A stretch of DNA of 63,931 nt, the filler included, from Octopus bimaculoides (Eukaryota), in the NCBI RefSeq assembly GCF_001194135.2. It is 6 parts of 6 records of this genome, joined end to end, with 100 filler letters (N's around TTAATTAATTAA, not from the genome) between each part and the next. Parts side by side here need not be neighbours in the genome. Positions count along the whole stretch, not along the records: positions 39,256 to 62,513 come from NC_068988.1; 5 more parts are not named here. One strand, written 5' to 3'. Within the stretch, counting starts at the first letter, position 1, and the number at the start of each line of letters is the position of its first letter. The notes under the pieces are model-generated. The model was not told where the DNA came from, made no database searches, and worked only from the letters and a program-made list of their open reading frames with translations. Positions 39,298 to 52,186 of the stretch are shown here, piece by piece. A program made the translations under genes and the position numbers.

Positions 39298-39715
39298 TCA
39301 TCATCTTTGTTACCATTGTCACCACTGCTGCCACCGCCACCATCATCAGCTCCACTGCCGTCACCATCATCACCATCATCATCAGCATCATCATTGTCAT
39401 ATTCATCGTAGTCATCGTCTTCACTATCATCATTCTGTTTAGCACTATCACTCCCGTAACCACCACCTCTGTACCACCACCAACACTGCGTCCTTCACAA
39501 ACAGCACCTCTCCATCACTACAAACAGAATCCCCACCATCACCATCACACCGCCACCACCACCACCACCACCATATGACCACGACTAACTTCACTACGAC
39601 CACCACCACAAACATCCTCCACCACACTACCACCAGTTCTCTGCTACCACCATCACCTTTCCACTACCACCACTACCACCAACAAAAATACCTCCACCAT
39701 CAACTCCCTTAACAA
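39257..39715. repeat. degenerate (CAC/CAT)n tract
   Basis: Triplet low-complexity sequence. Confidence 0.9.
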
Positions 39716-40417
39716 TTCACATCATCAAGTACATGATCTGCCAGTAAGCTGTAGGGGTTGCAATCCCCATCTTATTTACATATGTACTTTGCAGATATTC
39801 ATCTACACCCTCTCCATAAGCACACAGCCCCAGCTACAACATCCATGCTAGAGTCGAGTGTGTCAGCCTTTTCCTTTTTAATTCAACATGCTATTTATTA
39901 GATGATGCAATCAATACATACATGTATATACATGTGTGTGTGTGTATGTGTTATGTAGTTAGATATGCTTGCGCATGCGTGTATGTATATATATATATAT
40001 ATNNNNNNNNNNNNNNNNNNNNNNNNNNNNNNNNNNNNNNNNNNNNNNNNNNNNNNNNNNNNNNNNNNNNNNNNNNNNNNNNNNNNNNNNNNNNNNNNNN
40101 NNNNNNNNNNNNNNNNNNNNNNNNNNNNNNNNNNNNNNNNNNNNNNNNNNNNNNNNNNNNNNNNNNNNNNNNNNNNNNNNNNNNNNNNNNNNNNNNNNNN
40201 NNNNNNNNNNNNNNNNNNNNNNNNNNNNNNNNNNNNNNNNNNNNNNNNNNNNNNNNNNNNNNNNNNNNNNNNNNNNNNNNNNNNNNNNNNNNNNNNNNNN
40301 NNNNNNNNNNNNNNNNNNNNNNNNNNNNNNNNNNNNNNNNNNNNNNNNNNNNNNNNNNNNNNNNNNNNNNNNNNNNNNNNNNNNNNNNNNTGTATGTATA
40401 TATATATGAATATATAT

Positions 40418-40829
40418 GAGTGGCTGTGTGGTAAGTAGCTTGCTTACCAACCACATGATTCCGGGTTCAGTCGCACTGCGTGGCACCTTGGGCAAGTGTC
40501 TTATACTATAGCTTCGGGCCGACCAAAGCCTTGGGAGTGAATTTGATAGACAGAAACTGAAAGAAGCCCGTCGTATATATGTATGTATATATATATGTAT
40601 ATATATATATGTATGTGTGTTTGTGTGCCTGTGTTTGTCCCCCCACCATTGCTTGACAACCAATGCTGGTGTGTTTACGTCCCCGTAACTTAGCGGTTTG
40701 GCAAAAGAGACCGATAGAATAAGTACTAGGCTTAGAAAGAATAAGACCTGGCGTCGATTTGTTTGACTAAAGGTGGTGCTCCAGCATGGCTGCAGTCAAA
40801 TGACTGAAGCAAGTAAAAGAGTAAAAGAG

Positions 40830-40831
<2 letters not shown>
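40418..40831 (+). mobile_element. SINE family A, full length
   Basis: tRNA-like head, internal (TA/TG)n, GAGTAAAA tail. Confidence 0.92.
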
Positions 40832-40886
<55 letters not shown>

Positions 40887-41110
40887 GTATGTATGTATGT
40901 ATGTATATGTATGTATATATGTATATATATGTGTGCATGCACATACTTGCACATATGCATATGTATGTATAAGCACACAGTTTTACTTGAAAATGCAATG
41001 TTCATAACATCTTACACACACCTTACGTACTCACTCACACATTACCCACTGCTTCCATATCCCTCCTCTTTCCCCATGCATATGTATCTTCTCTCTTTCT
41101 TTCTTTCCTC

Positions 41111-41145
<35 letters not shown>

Positions 41146-41679
41146 ACACACACACACACTCATTCTCTCTCTTTTTCTCTCTCTCTGCTATATATACATA
41201 TGCATCCATATTCATAATCTCTTGACAGTTATTTATTCACACACACACACACACATACACACACACACATACAAGCACACACATGTACACACACAAACGC
41301 ACACGCACACACATGCACACTCAAACACAAGTACAGGCGCACAATCACACCTCCTTTCTCATATATACTTATACATATTTATATTTCTCTCTCACCTCCA
41401 CCCTCCCTTACACAAACATGCACACACACACACACATACACATACACACACACATGCATATATACACACAGCCCTTACTTTCTCATCCATCACAAAAATC
41501 ATTTAAATAAATCCCAAAAGTATAAGTATGTGTATGTATGTTTGTGTGCATGTGCGTGTGTGTGCAGATGTTTGTGTGTTTTAATATGTATGTTTAAGTA
41601 AGTGAATATGTCCAAGGGTAAGCTTATGTATCTCTATGTGTGTGTTTCTGTGTTTGTCTATAATAATTATTCACACATA

Positions 41680-42082
41680 GGCGTAGGAGTGGCTGTGTGG
41701 TACGTAGCTTGCTTACGAACCACATGGTTCCGGGTTCAGTCCCACTGTGTGGCACCTTGAGCAAGTGTCTTCTACTATAGCCTTGGGCCGAACAAAGCCT
41801 TGTGAGTCGATTTGGTAGATGGAAACTGAAAGAAGCCCGTCATATATATGTATATATATATGTGTGTGTGTGTATATGTTTGTGTGTCTGTGTTTGTCCC
41901 CCCACCATCGCTTGACAACTAATGCTGGTGTGTTTACGTCCCCATAACTTATCGGTTCATCAAAAGAGACCGATAGAATAAGTACTAGGCTTACAAAGAA
42001 TAAGTCCTGGGGTCGATTTGTTTGACTAAAGGTGGTGCTCCAGCATGGCCACAGTCAAATGACTGGAACAAATAAAAGAATA
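41680..42082 (+). mobile_element. SINE family A, full length, CpG-decayed
   Basis: Same structure; about 10 CpG>TpG/CpA changes relative to other copies. Confidence 0.92.
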
Positions 42083-42457
42083 TGCATATACACATTTGGT
42101 TACATACAGACATATCCACACGTGAACTCACAGACACATTTTATCAACATGAATGATAACAAGTTTCCATACAAATACAAACACACTCAGGTACACCAAC
42201 ACACACTCATCACCACCACCACCACCATTACCACCACCACCACCATCACCATCATCGTCATCATAATCATCTCATCACCGTCATAGTCATCGTCGTTGTT
42301 ATCATTGTCATCGTCAATACTGTTATCTTCAGCATCCCAGATATTACTTAGTACTTAAGCTTTCAAAGGAACCATTTAAGCTCAACAAAAATAGTGTCTG
42401 TAGTTAACTAATAGGTCTTAATTAGTATTAAGTTGTTTTTTTTTTATAATGACTCAG

Positions 42458-42541
42458 CTATGAAGAAGGGACAGTGCTCGAGACCATTTCGTGGCTTCTG
42501 AAACTGGTGAGATTGATGTGGTTTATATTCATCTCAAATAT
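42458..42541 (-). CDS. candidate terminal exon: IFEMNINHINLTSFRSHEMVSSTVPSS*
   Basis: CTACAG acceptor and a single open frame; phase fits candidate 48098-48177. A competing + strand exon overlaps it. Confidence 0.25.
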   Translation of the reverse strand: MFEMNINHINLTSFRSHEMVSSTVPSS

Positions 42542-42750
42542 CTGTAGATTGATGCCAACAGGAACTTCAGTGATGCAGTAAAACCCTTTTCGAGTCATAC
42601 TGACTCATAGGGGCCAGTTTCCTGGTTTCATGAAATATATATTCCTCACCTGGATGGAACACTGCTCTGACATAGGATTACTCATTTTTGACAGAATGGA
42701 GCAACGTGAAATGAAGTGTTTTCCTCAAGAACATAACACATCACCCAGTC

Positions 42751-43080
42751 CATCATCATCATCATCATCATCGTTTAACGTCCGCTTTCCATCCTGGCAT
42801 GGGTTGGACAATTTGATTGAGGACTGGCAAACCAGATGGCTGCACCAGGCTCCAATCTGATCTGGCAGTTTCTACAGCTGGATACCCTTCCTAACACCAA
42901 CTACTCCAAGAGTGTAGTGGGTGCTTTTACGTGCCACCAGCACAAGGGCCAGTCAGGTGATACTGGCAACGGCCACACTCAAATGGTGTTTTTTACATGC
43001 CACCTGCACAGAAGCCAGTCCAGTGGCACAGATAACGACTTCGCTTGAATGTTTCTTCACATGCCACCGGCACAAGTGCC
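42751..43080 (-). mobile_element. dispersed repeat family E ((GAT)n-tailed, probably RTE-related non-autonomous)
   Basis: GGTGTTAGGAAGGGTATCCAGCTGTAGAAAC ... GGAAAGCGGACGTTAAACGATGATG, as at 52813. Confidence 0.8.
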
Positions 43081-43129
43081 ATGCTGGGGCACCACCTTGA
43101 AGAACTTTAAGTTGAATGAATCAAACCCA

Positions 43130-43455
43130 GTACTTTTTTAAAAAACCTGGTACTTATTCTATCAATCTCTTTTGCCGAACCACTATATTACAGGGGTGTA
43201 AACACATCAACCCTGGTTGTCAAGTGGTGGTGGGAGACAAACACACACACAAACACACACACACACACACACACATACACACACACACATATATATGATG
43301 GGCTTCTTCCAGCTTCTTTTTACCAAATTCACTCACAAGGCTGGCCAAGACTATTGTCAAAAAAAAATGCTTCCCAAGGTGCCACACAGTGGGACTGAAC
43401 CGGGAACCATGTTATTGGGTAACTAGGTTCTTACCACACAGCCACTCCTGCTCCT
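43130..43455 (-). mobile_element. SINE family A, degenerate
   Basis: Head and core recognisable, with internal deletions. Confidence 0.8.
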
Positions 43456-43918
43456 GTATAGACAAAGTAATTTTTTTTATGTTCTAGATATTTTCCTATT
43501 TTTTACTTGTTTTCTTTTTCTCCAATACAGAACAGTTAGGAAAAATTCACCTTATGTAGAATTATTCTAAAATAACTAGTTTATATAAAAAGCTTCATAC
43601 CCAAAGCAGTATTATCGCAGTAGACTAAATGTGTCAGGAATCATTAAGTATTTAAAGTTATAAATAATCTTTCATTTTCTCGATTTGTAGTAATAAATAT
43701 AGTACAGTGCAAAAGAAACGTCATCAGGTTACATAATACGTAACCTGATGAGGTTTCTTCTGCAATGTAGAGTGCATTCAATTCCATTATATCATTCCAC
43801 ACCCACTAGGGAGCAGTGCAAATGTAAGCCGAAACGGTTGTCATGCTAAATAAAGCTTACAGTACACTCTGTCTTCCCTATCAATCATTTAGCATATACT
43901 AAATATGCACCAAGGTGG

Positions 43919-44200
43919 AGGCGCAATGGCCCAGTAGTTAGGGCAGTGGATTCGCAGTCGGAGGATTGTGGTTTCGATTCCCACACCAGGCATTGTGTGT
44001 GTTTATTGAGCAAAATCACCTAAAGCTCCACGAGGCTCCACCCCTGTTGTACTCTTTCACCCCAACTTTCTCTCACTCTTTCTTCCTGTCTCTTGAGTAA
44101 CACTGCGATGGGCTGGCGTCCCATCCAGCTGGGTGGAATACATATGCCATAGAAACCGGGAAACCAGGCCCATAAGCCTGGCTAGGCTTTAAAATGGCAC
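43919..44200 (+). mobile_element. tRNA-derived SINE family C
   Basis: GGCGCAATGGCCCAGTAGTTAGGGCAG head and GGTTTCGATTCCC B box; similar to 7595. Confidence 0.75.
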
Positions 44201-44447
44201 ATAAAAAAAATGAAATAAATGTATGTATGCATATATATATATGTATGTATGTATGTATGCATGTATGCATGTATATATGTGTAACAGTGATGATAACGAC
44301 AGTTGCCTTCATCAAAGATTAAGGAGAGTATTCATCCAAGAAAGGATTCAATACGTTTGAATGTAGTGTAAAACATTTATTGAAATACAGAGCATCCAAC
44401 GATTGTAAAACTGCTTTGAAACTGGTAGGTCAAGGCCCATATGTATA

Positions 44448-44491
<44 letters not shown>

Positions 44492-44630
44492 CTTCCATGA
44501 GTGTTTGTGTGCATGTGTGTGTAAGTGTATGTATATGTGTATGTGTGTCTGTGTGTGAGGTGTGTGTGTGTGTGTGAGTGCTTGTGCACGTGTTTGTGCG
44601 CACGTGTAAGTGTACATATATGTGTATGTG

Positions 44631-44671
<41 letters not shown>

Positions 44672-45679
44672 TGTGCGTAAGTGTATGTGTAAGAGTAGTT
44701 GCTTTTAAATGAAATATTGATATTGGTGAGTATGAATTGTGTGTTTGTGTACGTGTGTGTGTGTGTGTGTGTGTATGTGTGTGTGTGTATGTGCGTGTAT
44801 GTGTGTGAGTGTGTACGTGGTGGTAGTAGTTTAAAATGGAAAATTTAAAAAATAAATGTGCATGNNNNNNNNNNNNNNNNNNNNNNNNNNNNNNNNNNNN
44901 NNNNNNNNNNNNNNNNNNNNNNNNNNNNNNNNNNNNNNNNNNNNNNNNNNNNNNNNNNNNNNNNNNNNNNNNNNNNNNNNNNNNNNNNNNNNNNNNNNNN
45001 NNNNNNNNNNNNNNNNNNNNNNNNNNNNNNNNNNNNNNNNNNNNNNNNNNNNNNNNNNNNNNNNNNNNNNNNNNNNNNNNNNNNNNNNNNNNNNNNNNNN
45101 NNNNNNNNNNNNNNNNNTATATATATACACACACACCTATATATATATATATATTAGTGTATTTTTATATGAGAATATATATATATATCCTTTTAGTCTT
45201 TTATTTGTTTCAATGTAAATATGTATATATGTATGAGTCTGTATATGTGTGTGTGTAAGTGTGTGAGTGTGTTTGTGTAAGGGGAGTAGTTAATTTAAAT
45301 GAAGTATTGACATAGAAATACATTTTAGTGTGTGTGTGTGTGTGCATTCAGGTGTGTGTGTGTGTGCATTCGGGTGTGTGTGTGTGCGAATGTGTTTTGG
45401 GTGGCAGAATATTTTCAATTCAGTATTGATAAGAAACAAGAGTGTTTATACTAGTCCGCTCTGATTGCAATAATTAAATTGCATTTTAACGGTTTGTTCA
45501 ACAACTGGCAGTGGAAAGGAAAATAAAATGATCTTTTCTTAAATAGAGTTGGGGGTGGGTGAGACAGTAATGATAGTGTTGATGGCTGATAGGAGAGAAA
45601 ATGACTTTAGCTTTTATTTCTAGATAATTCTTCATAAATTCTGACTAGGAAATAAATGCTATTGAAGTAAAAGACAGAG

Positions 45680-45942
45680 AGAGAGAGAGAGAGAGAGAGA
45701 GCAAGTGAAAATAGATGGGGGAGGAGAGAGAGGGAGGGCGGGTGAGTGAAAGATAAATAGATAGAAAATGAAAGAGATAGAGATGAATGTTTAGATAAGT
45801 ATAGAGGGGGAGAGAGTGTGTGGGGAGGGATAGATAAGATAGATAGACAGATAGATAGATAGACAGACAGATAGATAGATAGATAGACAGACTGACAGAC
45901 AGATAGAGAGATCGATAGATAGATAAATAGATAGATAGATAA

Positions 45943-45980
<38 letters not shown>

Positions 45981-46125
45981 GGATAGACGGACGGACGGAT
46001 GGACGGACGGACGGACAGACAGACAGACAGACAGATAGACAGATAGATAGACAGATAAATGGGTTTTTGGTGGATGGATGGATAGACAGACATTTAACAG
46101 ACAGACACAAAAACAGATAGATAAT

Positions 46126-46173
<48 letters not shown>

Positions 46174-46270
46174 TAGATAAAGCAACAAAATGAAACAGGG
46201 AGAAAGGGAGATAGGTAGACAGGTAGATAGAAATTCTGTCAAAGGTAGATGAAGAGAGAAAAAAAGCAAA
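45680..46270. repeat. purine-rich (GA)n/(GATA)n/(GACA)n/(GACG)n compound tract
   Basis: Direct tandem repeats. Confidence 0.95.
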
Positions 46271-46720
46271 TAAATAAAGGAAAAAAATTTAATATTTTAA
46301 AATTCTTCAACTTTTTTGTTTATTTTTTCACTTAAGTAGGTGTTTGCTTTTTTTCTTTTTTCCCCAAAAAATTAATATTAACATCTTGTATATGTCTTTA
46401 CTCTTCAAAACAGTTTTATTGATTTGTTTATTGTTATTATTGGAGTGAGTTGGCAGAATTGTTTGATTGGTCGTCCAGCTTCTGGCCTTGTTATTTCTGA
46501 GTTCAAATGCCACTAGGATTCATTTTGTCTTTCAGTGTTATTGACTAGCCCTACTCCCTCAAAATTTCAGACCTTGTGCCTATAGTTGAAAGAATTATTA
46601 CCCCACCCTCTTTGTTTTTTTATATATACCATGTATAATTTAGTTTTTTTTTTAATGATTTTTTTATGTCTGTCTCTGTATTGTCCCCTTATTCCTTCAC
46701 TCTTGTTGGAAATAAATGAA

Positions 46721-46808
<88 letters not shown>

Positions 46809-48097
46809 TCATCATTCTGCCAAGGTCAACTTTGCCTGTCATCCTTTCGGTATTGATAAATTAAGTACCAGTGAAACACTGGGGTCGATGCAATCGACTA
46901 GTACCCCCTCCAAAATTTGAGGCCTTGTGCCTCCAGTAGAAAGGATTATTAATCGTTAGCAAGCTGGACGAAATACTTAACAGCATTTCCTCCGACTCTT
47001 TATACTTTGTGTTCAAATTCCACTGAAGTTGATTTGCTTTTCAATCTTGATAAAAAATGTCCCAGTTGAGCACTGAAGTCAATATGGTGATCAAACTCCT
47101 CCCCCTTAAATTTCTAGCCTTCTGTCAAAATCAGAAAGAATTATTGTTTTAATATATTGAAGTGGACATCTATGCTAGAACTCTGCACAAAAGTAATTTA
47201 TAATGGATTGCCTTCATCATCATCACTTAACGTCTGTTTTCCATGCTGATATGGGTTAGACAAACAGGAGTTGGTCAGCTGAAGAGCTGCCCAGGCTCCA
47301 TGTCTATTTTGGCATCCTGCAAGATTAGGATGCTCAGCAGGCGAAGGATGCAAGGGACAAGCCTATATACTAGGACAACCATGCTTTCATTTAGCTAGAG
47401 ATGTCTGGCATGTCTTTTCAAGCACAGCAAACTGCCAGGAGTCTTGGTCCCCTGTGATCTTCTGAATAAAAATAATAATAATAATAAAAATACCTAATGG
47501 ATAAAAATAATTGTAATGATAAAATAGTTTTTTTTTTTTTTGGTTCTAGTTATACTAACAGACAGCTTTCATATTATTACCTGGAGTAAAAGAAATATTT
47601 GTGTTTAAACATTTTTAACAGTTTATATTTTGTTGGCAAATAAGCACATATGATATTTGTACACATTGCAAGTTGATTGTTTGAAAAGTAGCAGGAAGTG
47701 GTGCTCATTGTAATAGTACTAACTGTAGACTCAATAACAATCAAAACAAGTTGTTAAATTATTTTCAAATGATAAAAAAAGAAATTCTAAAGAATAACAA
47801 ATCAGTAAACAATGGGAAAAAAGTTAAAGAAACAAGCAGAGCTTCAAGCTTAAACACTTGCAGTTGAATGATAGAAGACACGTGCATGGACACACACACA
47901 CACACACACACACAAAATTTTTTTAAATAGAATAGTGTTGGAAACATTGATTTAAATTGAAAATAAGCAGTATAAAGAGCATTGACAATATTAGTTATAA
48001 AAATAATAATGTTTCGTTATTTTGCAAATATTTTAGGTCACAAGAAGATTCTCAATATGAGTCATTTCAAAGAAAAGAGAAGGCATGAAAGAGGTAC

Positions 48098-48177
48098 ATC
48101 ACAAAGGATAGTGCTTCTTTTCCCAATGAATTTATCCAAGAAAGAGCTAGGAAGAAGTTGATATAGATCTGTTTTAC
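48098..48177 (-). CDS. candidate exon: (G)KTDLYQLLPSSFLDKFIGKRSTILCD
   Basis: TTTTTGTTTTAG acceptor, GAT|GTACCT donor, phases 1 to 0; no homology recognised. Confidence 0.3.
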
Positions 48178-48313
48178 CTAAAACAAAAAGCTATCTTTCA
48201 TTTTTCTTTAAAAGAGGAGTTGAAAATGAGTTTAGCCAAAAATGTATCAGAATGAGAGTACCATCAACCAGAGAAGCACACAAGAAAATCTGTGTGTGCC
48301 TGGTCTTTTAAAC

Positions 48314-48500
48314 CAGTGCTCCACAACCATTTTTCACTTGTGCTACACTTATATTCTTTTCAAAATTCAGTGGCACACCTGAGCTGAAAATATAATTAAA
48401 AGTATAGGGGAAAAATTATATATTCAGTTAACAATGTGACACACCTAGCATTGTCTCATGGCACACTGGTGTGCTATGGTATTCCGGTTGCAGAGCACTG
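48314..48500. mobile_element. hAT-superfamily MITE
   Basis: TIRs CAGTGCTCCACAAC / GTTGCAGAGCACTG (12/14 match) with perfect 8-bp TSD TTTTAAAC at 48306-48313 and 48501-48508. Confidence 0.88.
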
Positions 48501-48649
48501 TTTTAAACTGATATGCATATAACACATATTCATGTACATTGACACACACAAACACACGTGAATATATATTCATATATAGTCTCTCACACACCTACACACA
48601 TACACATACATACTTACATACATACATCATTCATACTTACATATGTTAT

Positions 48650-48892
48650 TTTATTCTTTTAGTCTTTTATTTGTTTGTCATTTGACTGTGGCCATGCTGG
48701 AACACCACCTTTAGTCAAACAAATTGACCCCAGGACTTTTTCTTTGTAAGCCTTGTACTTATTCTATCGGTCTCTTTTTGCTGAACTGCTAAGCTAAGGG
48801 AGACGTAAACAAACCAACATCAGTTGTCAAGCGATGGTGGGGTGGGACAAACACAGACACAGAAACACACACACACACACACACACACACAT

Positions 48893-48929
<37 letters not shown>

Positions 48930-49097
48930 TATACGACAGTCTTCTTTTAGTTTCTATTTACCAAATCCACTCACAAGGCTTTGGTCAGCCCGAGGCTATA
49001 ATAGAAGACACTTGACCAAAGTGCCACGCAGTAGGATTGAACCCAGGACCATGTGGTTGGTAAGCAAGCTACTTACCACACAGCCACTCCTGCACCT
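48650..49097 (-). mobile_element. SINE family A, full length, CpG-decayed
   Basis: Reverse complement of the family sequence. Confidence 0.9.
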
Positions 49098-49184
49098 ATG
49101 AGGTAAATTTTTTAAGTACTCTCTGTTGTACTGACAGAAAAAGAAATGTAAAAACAAATGCAAAAACAACTCGAACTAATAACC

Positions 49185-49330
49185 CTTTCTACTATAGGCA
49201 CAAAGCCTGAAAGTTGGGGGAAGGGGTTAGTCAATTACATTGACCCCCAGTGCCCAACTGGTACTTCATTTCTTGACCCTGAAAGGATGAAAGGCAAAGT
49301 TGACCTCGGTGGAATTTGAAATCAGAACTT
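49185..49330 (-). mobile_element. SINE family B2, strongly CpG-decayed
   Basis: Core with TCGAC changed to TTGAC at three sites and CGATT changed to CAATT. Confidence 0.85.
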
Positions 49331-49554
49331 AAAGCTGCACAAAATAACATAATAAATAACATAAAAATGAATGTATTTTAATTAGATTGAAATATAAAAA
49401 TAGAAATTTATTTGTGTGTATGCATGCGGACATGTGTGTGTGTGCATGCGGACATGTGTGTGTGTGCTTATATGCCTGTGTGTATCTATGTGTGTGGTTT
49501 TCTTCAGACTTGCAAGATCTTTGAGACAAAATTGCAATTGGTAGTTACAGACGC

Positions 49555-50192
49555 AAAGATCTTCAATGCCATCATTATTGTCTTCATCATCATCATCATC
49601 GTCATCACAATCATTTTCATCATCTTCGTCCTCTTCCTCCTCCACCTCATTATCATCATTCATGTCATCGTTATCATTAGCATCATAATCATCATCAGCC
49701 AATTGCCATCCTCATATTCATTATCATAATCATCATCATCATCGTTTCAATCATTATCCCATCCTCATCATTGTCGCTGCAATCATCCTCATCGTCGTCA
49801 TCATTGTCATTCTCATCATCCATCGTTGTCATTGTCTTACTCATCCTCATTATCGAAATCATTATCATTACCACCATCATTGTCGTCATTATGAATTATC
49901 CGCATTACCATCCCCATCGTCATCATTAGCAGCAACATTGTAACGATCATTTTTTTCAGTGTCATCATGGTCATTATAAGTCATCATCATCATCATCACC
50001 ATCATCATCATCATTATCATTATCATCATCATCACCATCAATATAATCATCATCATCATTATCACCGCCGCCACCGCCGCCACCATCATCATCATCATAA
50101 TCATCATCATCATCATCATCGCCATCATCATCATCATCATCGTCATCATCACCATCAACATCATCATCATCATCATCATCATCATCATTATT

Positions 50193-50226
<34 letters not shown>

Positions 50227-50412
50227 CCACCACCACCACCACCACCACCACCACCATCATCATCATCGATGTTATCCTTATCTTCCTCATAATCATTTTC
50301 ATTGTCATCATCATCATCATCATCATCATCATCGTCATGATTGCCATTATGATGATGAGAATGATGATCATCATCATCATTGTTGTCACCAACATCATCA
50401 TCATCATCATCT
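49555..50412. repeat. long degenerate (CAT)n/(CAC)n tract
   Basis: Triplet low-complexity sequence; source of the poly-His and poly-Met ORFs. Confidence 0.95.
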
Positions 50413-51132
50413 CTTCTTAATTAAATGTCTAACCTCTCTTCCATACTGGTACATTGGTGTATCAGCGACAGTATCTCATACCAAACCAGCATCATTAACC
50501 TCACCTATTTTGTCATCTCTAACAGCGACAGTATCTCATACCAAACCAGCATCATTAACCTCACCTATTTTGTCATCTCTAATACAGTCAACAACCAGTT
50601 ACCAACTCACCTTATTAGTAAACTAACTGAACGACATAAAACTTGTCTGCCCCGTTAATTAAGACAATTCATGGAACAGTCAACAACTGCTACGGAGGAA
50701 GAGAAGAAAGCGTAGAAACAAGCTTCTCAAACACACAGCCATGCTCGCTTCACCTTTCTCTCGATTAGGGAAACTGACCAGGAGTTAATTTTCGAGGGTC
50801 AGTTATCTCAGAGTAATTGTCTAGCAGGAAGTTGGAAGTGGGGTCAGTTCCATAAAGGGTTGTTGTCTAGATACCAATTCCTGGTAATAGTTTTGGTGGG
50901 AGGAAATTAGTCTGTTTTTGACAGAGATCTATAGCACTTGTCTACACATGCCTGAGACTGGTGCTGGTTCTATAAGGCAAATTGATCCTGCCAATCATAA
51001 TCTGTTCTTTTATTCTTTTTTTTTTTTTGTCTTTCAATGGTTTCAATCACTGGAACGTGGTCATACTGGGGCACCAGCTTGAAGAGTTTAGTCAAACAAT
51101 TTGGCTTATTTTAAGTACTTTTTCTATATGAA

Positions 51133-51445
51133 GGCACATGGCTCAGTGGTTAGAGCGTCGGGCTCACAATTATGAGGTAGTGAGTTCGATTACTGGACTG
51201 GGTTGTGTGTTGTATTCTTGAACAAGACACTTTATCTCACATCGCTCCAGTTCACTCAGTTGTAGAAATGAGTTGCGACGTCACTGGTGCCATGCTGTAT
51301 CGGCCTTTGCCTTTCCCTTGGATAATATTGGTGGCATGGGCAACTACTGGTCTTCCATAAACAATCTTCCCTGGACCTGTGCCTCAGAGGGTAAACTTTC
51401 TAGTTGCAATCCCATGGTCATTCATGACCAAAGAGGGTCTTTGCC
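51133..51445 (+). mobile_element. tRNA-derived SINE family D
   Basis: TGGCTCAGTGGTTAGAGCGTCGGGCTCACAA head, GAGTTCGAT B box, CTTGAACAAGACACTT core-like segment. Confidence 0.75.
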
Positions 51446-51583
51446 CTTTAAGTATTTATTCCATTCTATTCTCTTTTGCTAAACCACAAAGTTACAGTAA
51501 CACTAAGAAAATCCAACACTGATTATGAAACAGCATGAGACAAAAACAAACAAACACACACACGCACACACACACACACACAC

Positions 51584-51629
<46 letters not shown>

Positions 51630-52155
51630 AGGCGCCAACACAGTTTCTATGTATCAAATTCACCCATAAGGCCCAAGGCTATACTTGTTATAAATTGCAC
51701 TATGTTTGCAAACACCACTTAAATAATGATTAAGTTAACTATTTTTATTTAATCCTTGCACAAGTCTTGATTGTTTTCCAAAAAAAGTGAAGCACTTTGG
51801 TGATGCATTTCACTGAAAATATGGTGACAAAATGTTTTCCTGTTAAAAATGTGTTAAGTAGTTGTTTATTAATCAACAACACTTCTACGTAGGGTGATAG
51901 CACAAACTACCACCGCTTTCATTCGAGAATCAGTCCAACTGTTGAGATTGCAAAAGGTCAAAAGAATCAACCATCTCGTGTGTTCACATCTGTTCTTGAT
52001 AGCTTCAATGGGTTTGTGAAGTGCTGTTGTTCATACTTTGGTTAAAAAAAAAAAAAAATGACTTCACTCTGAAGATGATGTAGAAATTGTGGTAATTGTG
52101 GTAATTAAACATGCATACACACACGCAAATTCACTCACACACACTCATGTGTGTT

Positions 52156-52186
<31 letters not shown>

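Noticed and set aside
49889-50626. 173-aa poly-Met and 219-aa poly-His ORFs
   Set aside because: They are readings of a degenerate (CAT)n tract; triplet repeats lack stops in some frames and no splice context supports them.
51890-52040. Segment open in several frames on both strands
   Set aside because: No frame, strand or splice pair could be preferred and no motif was recognised.
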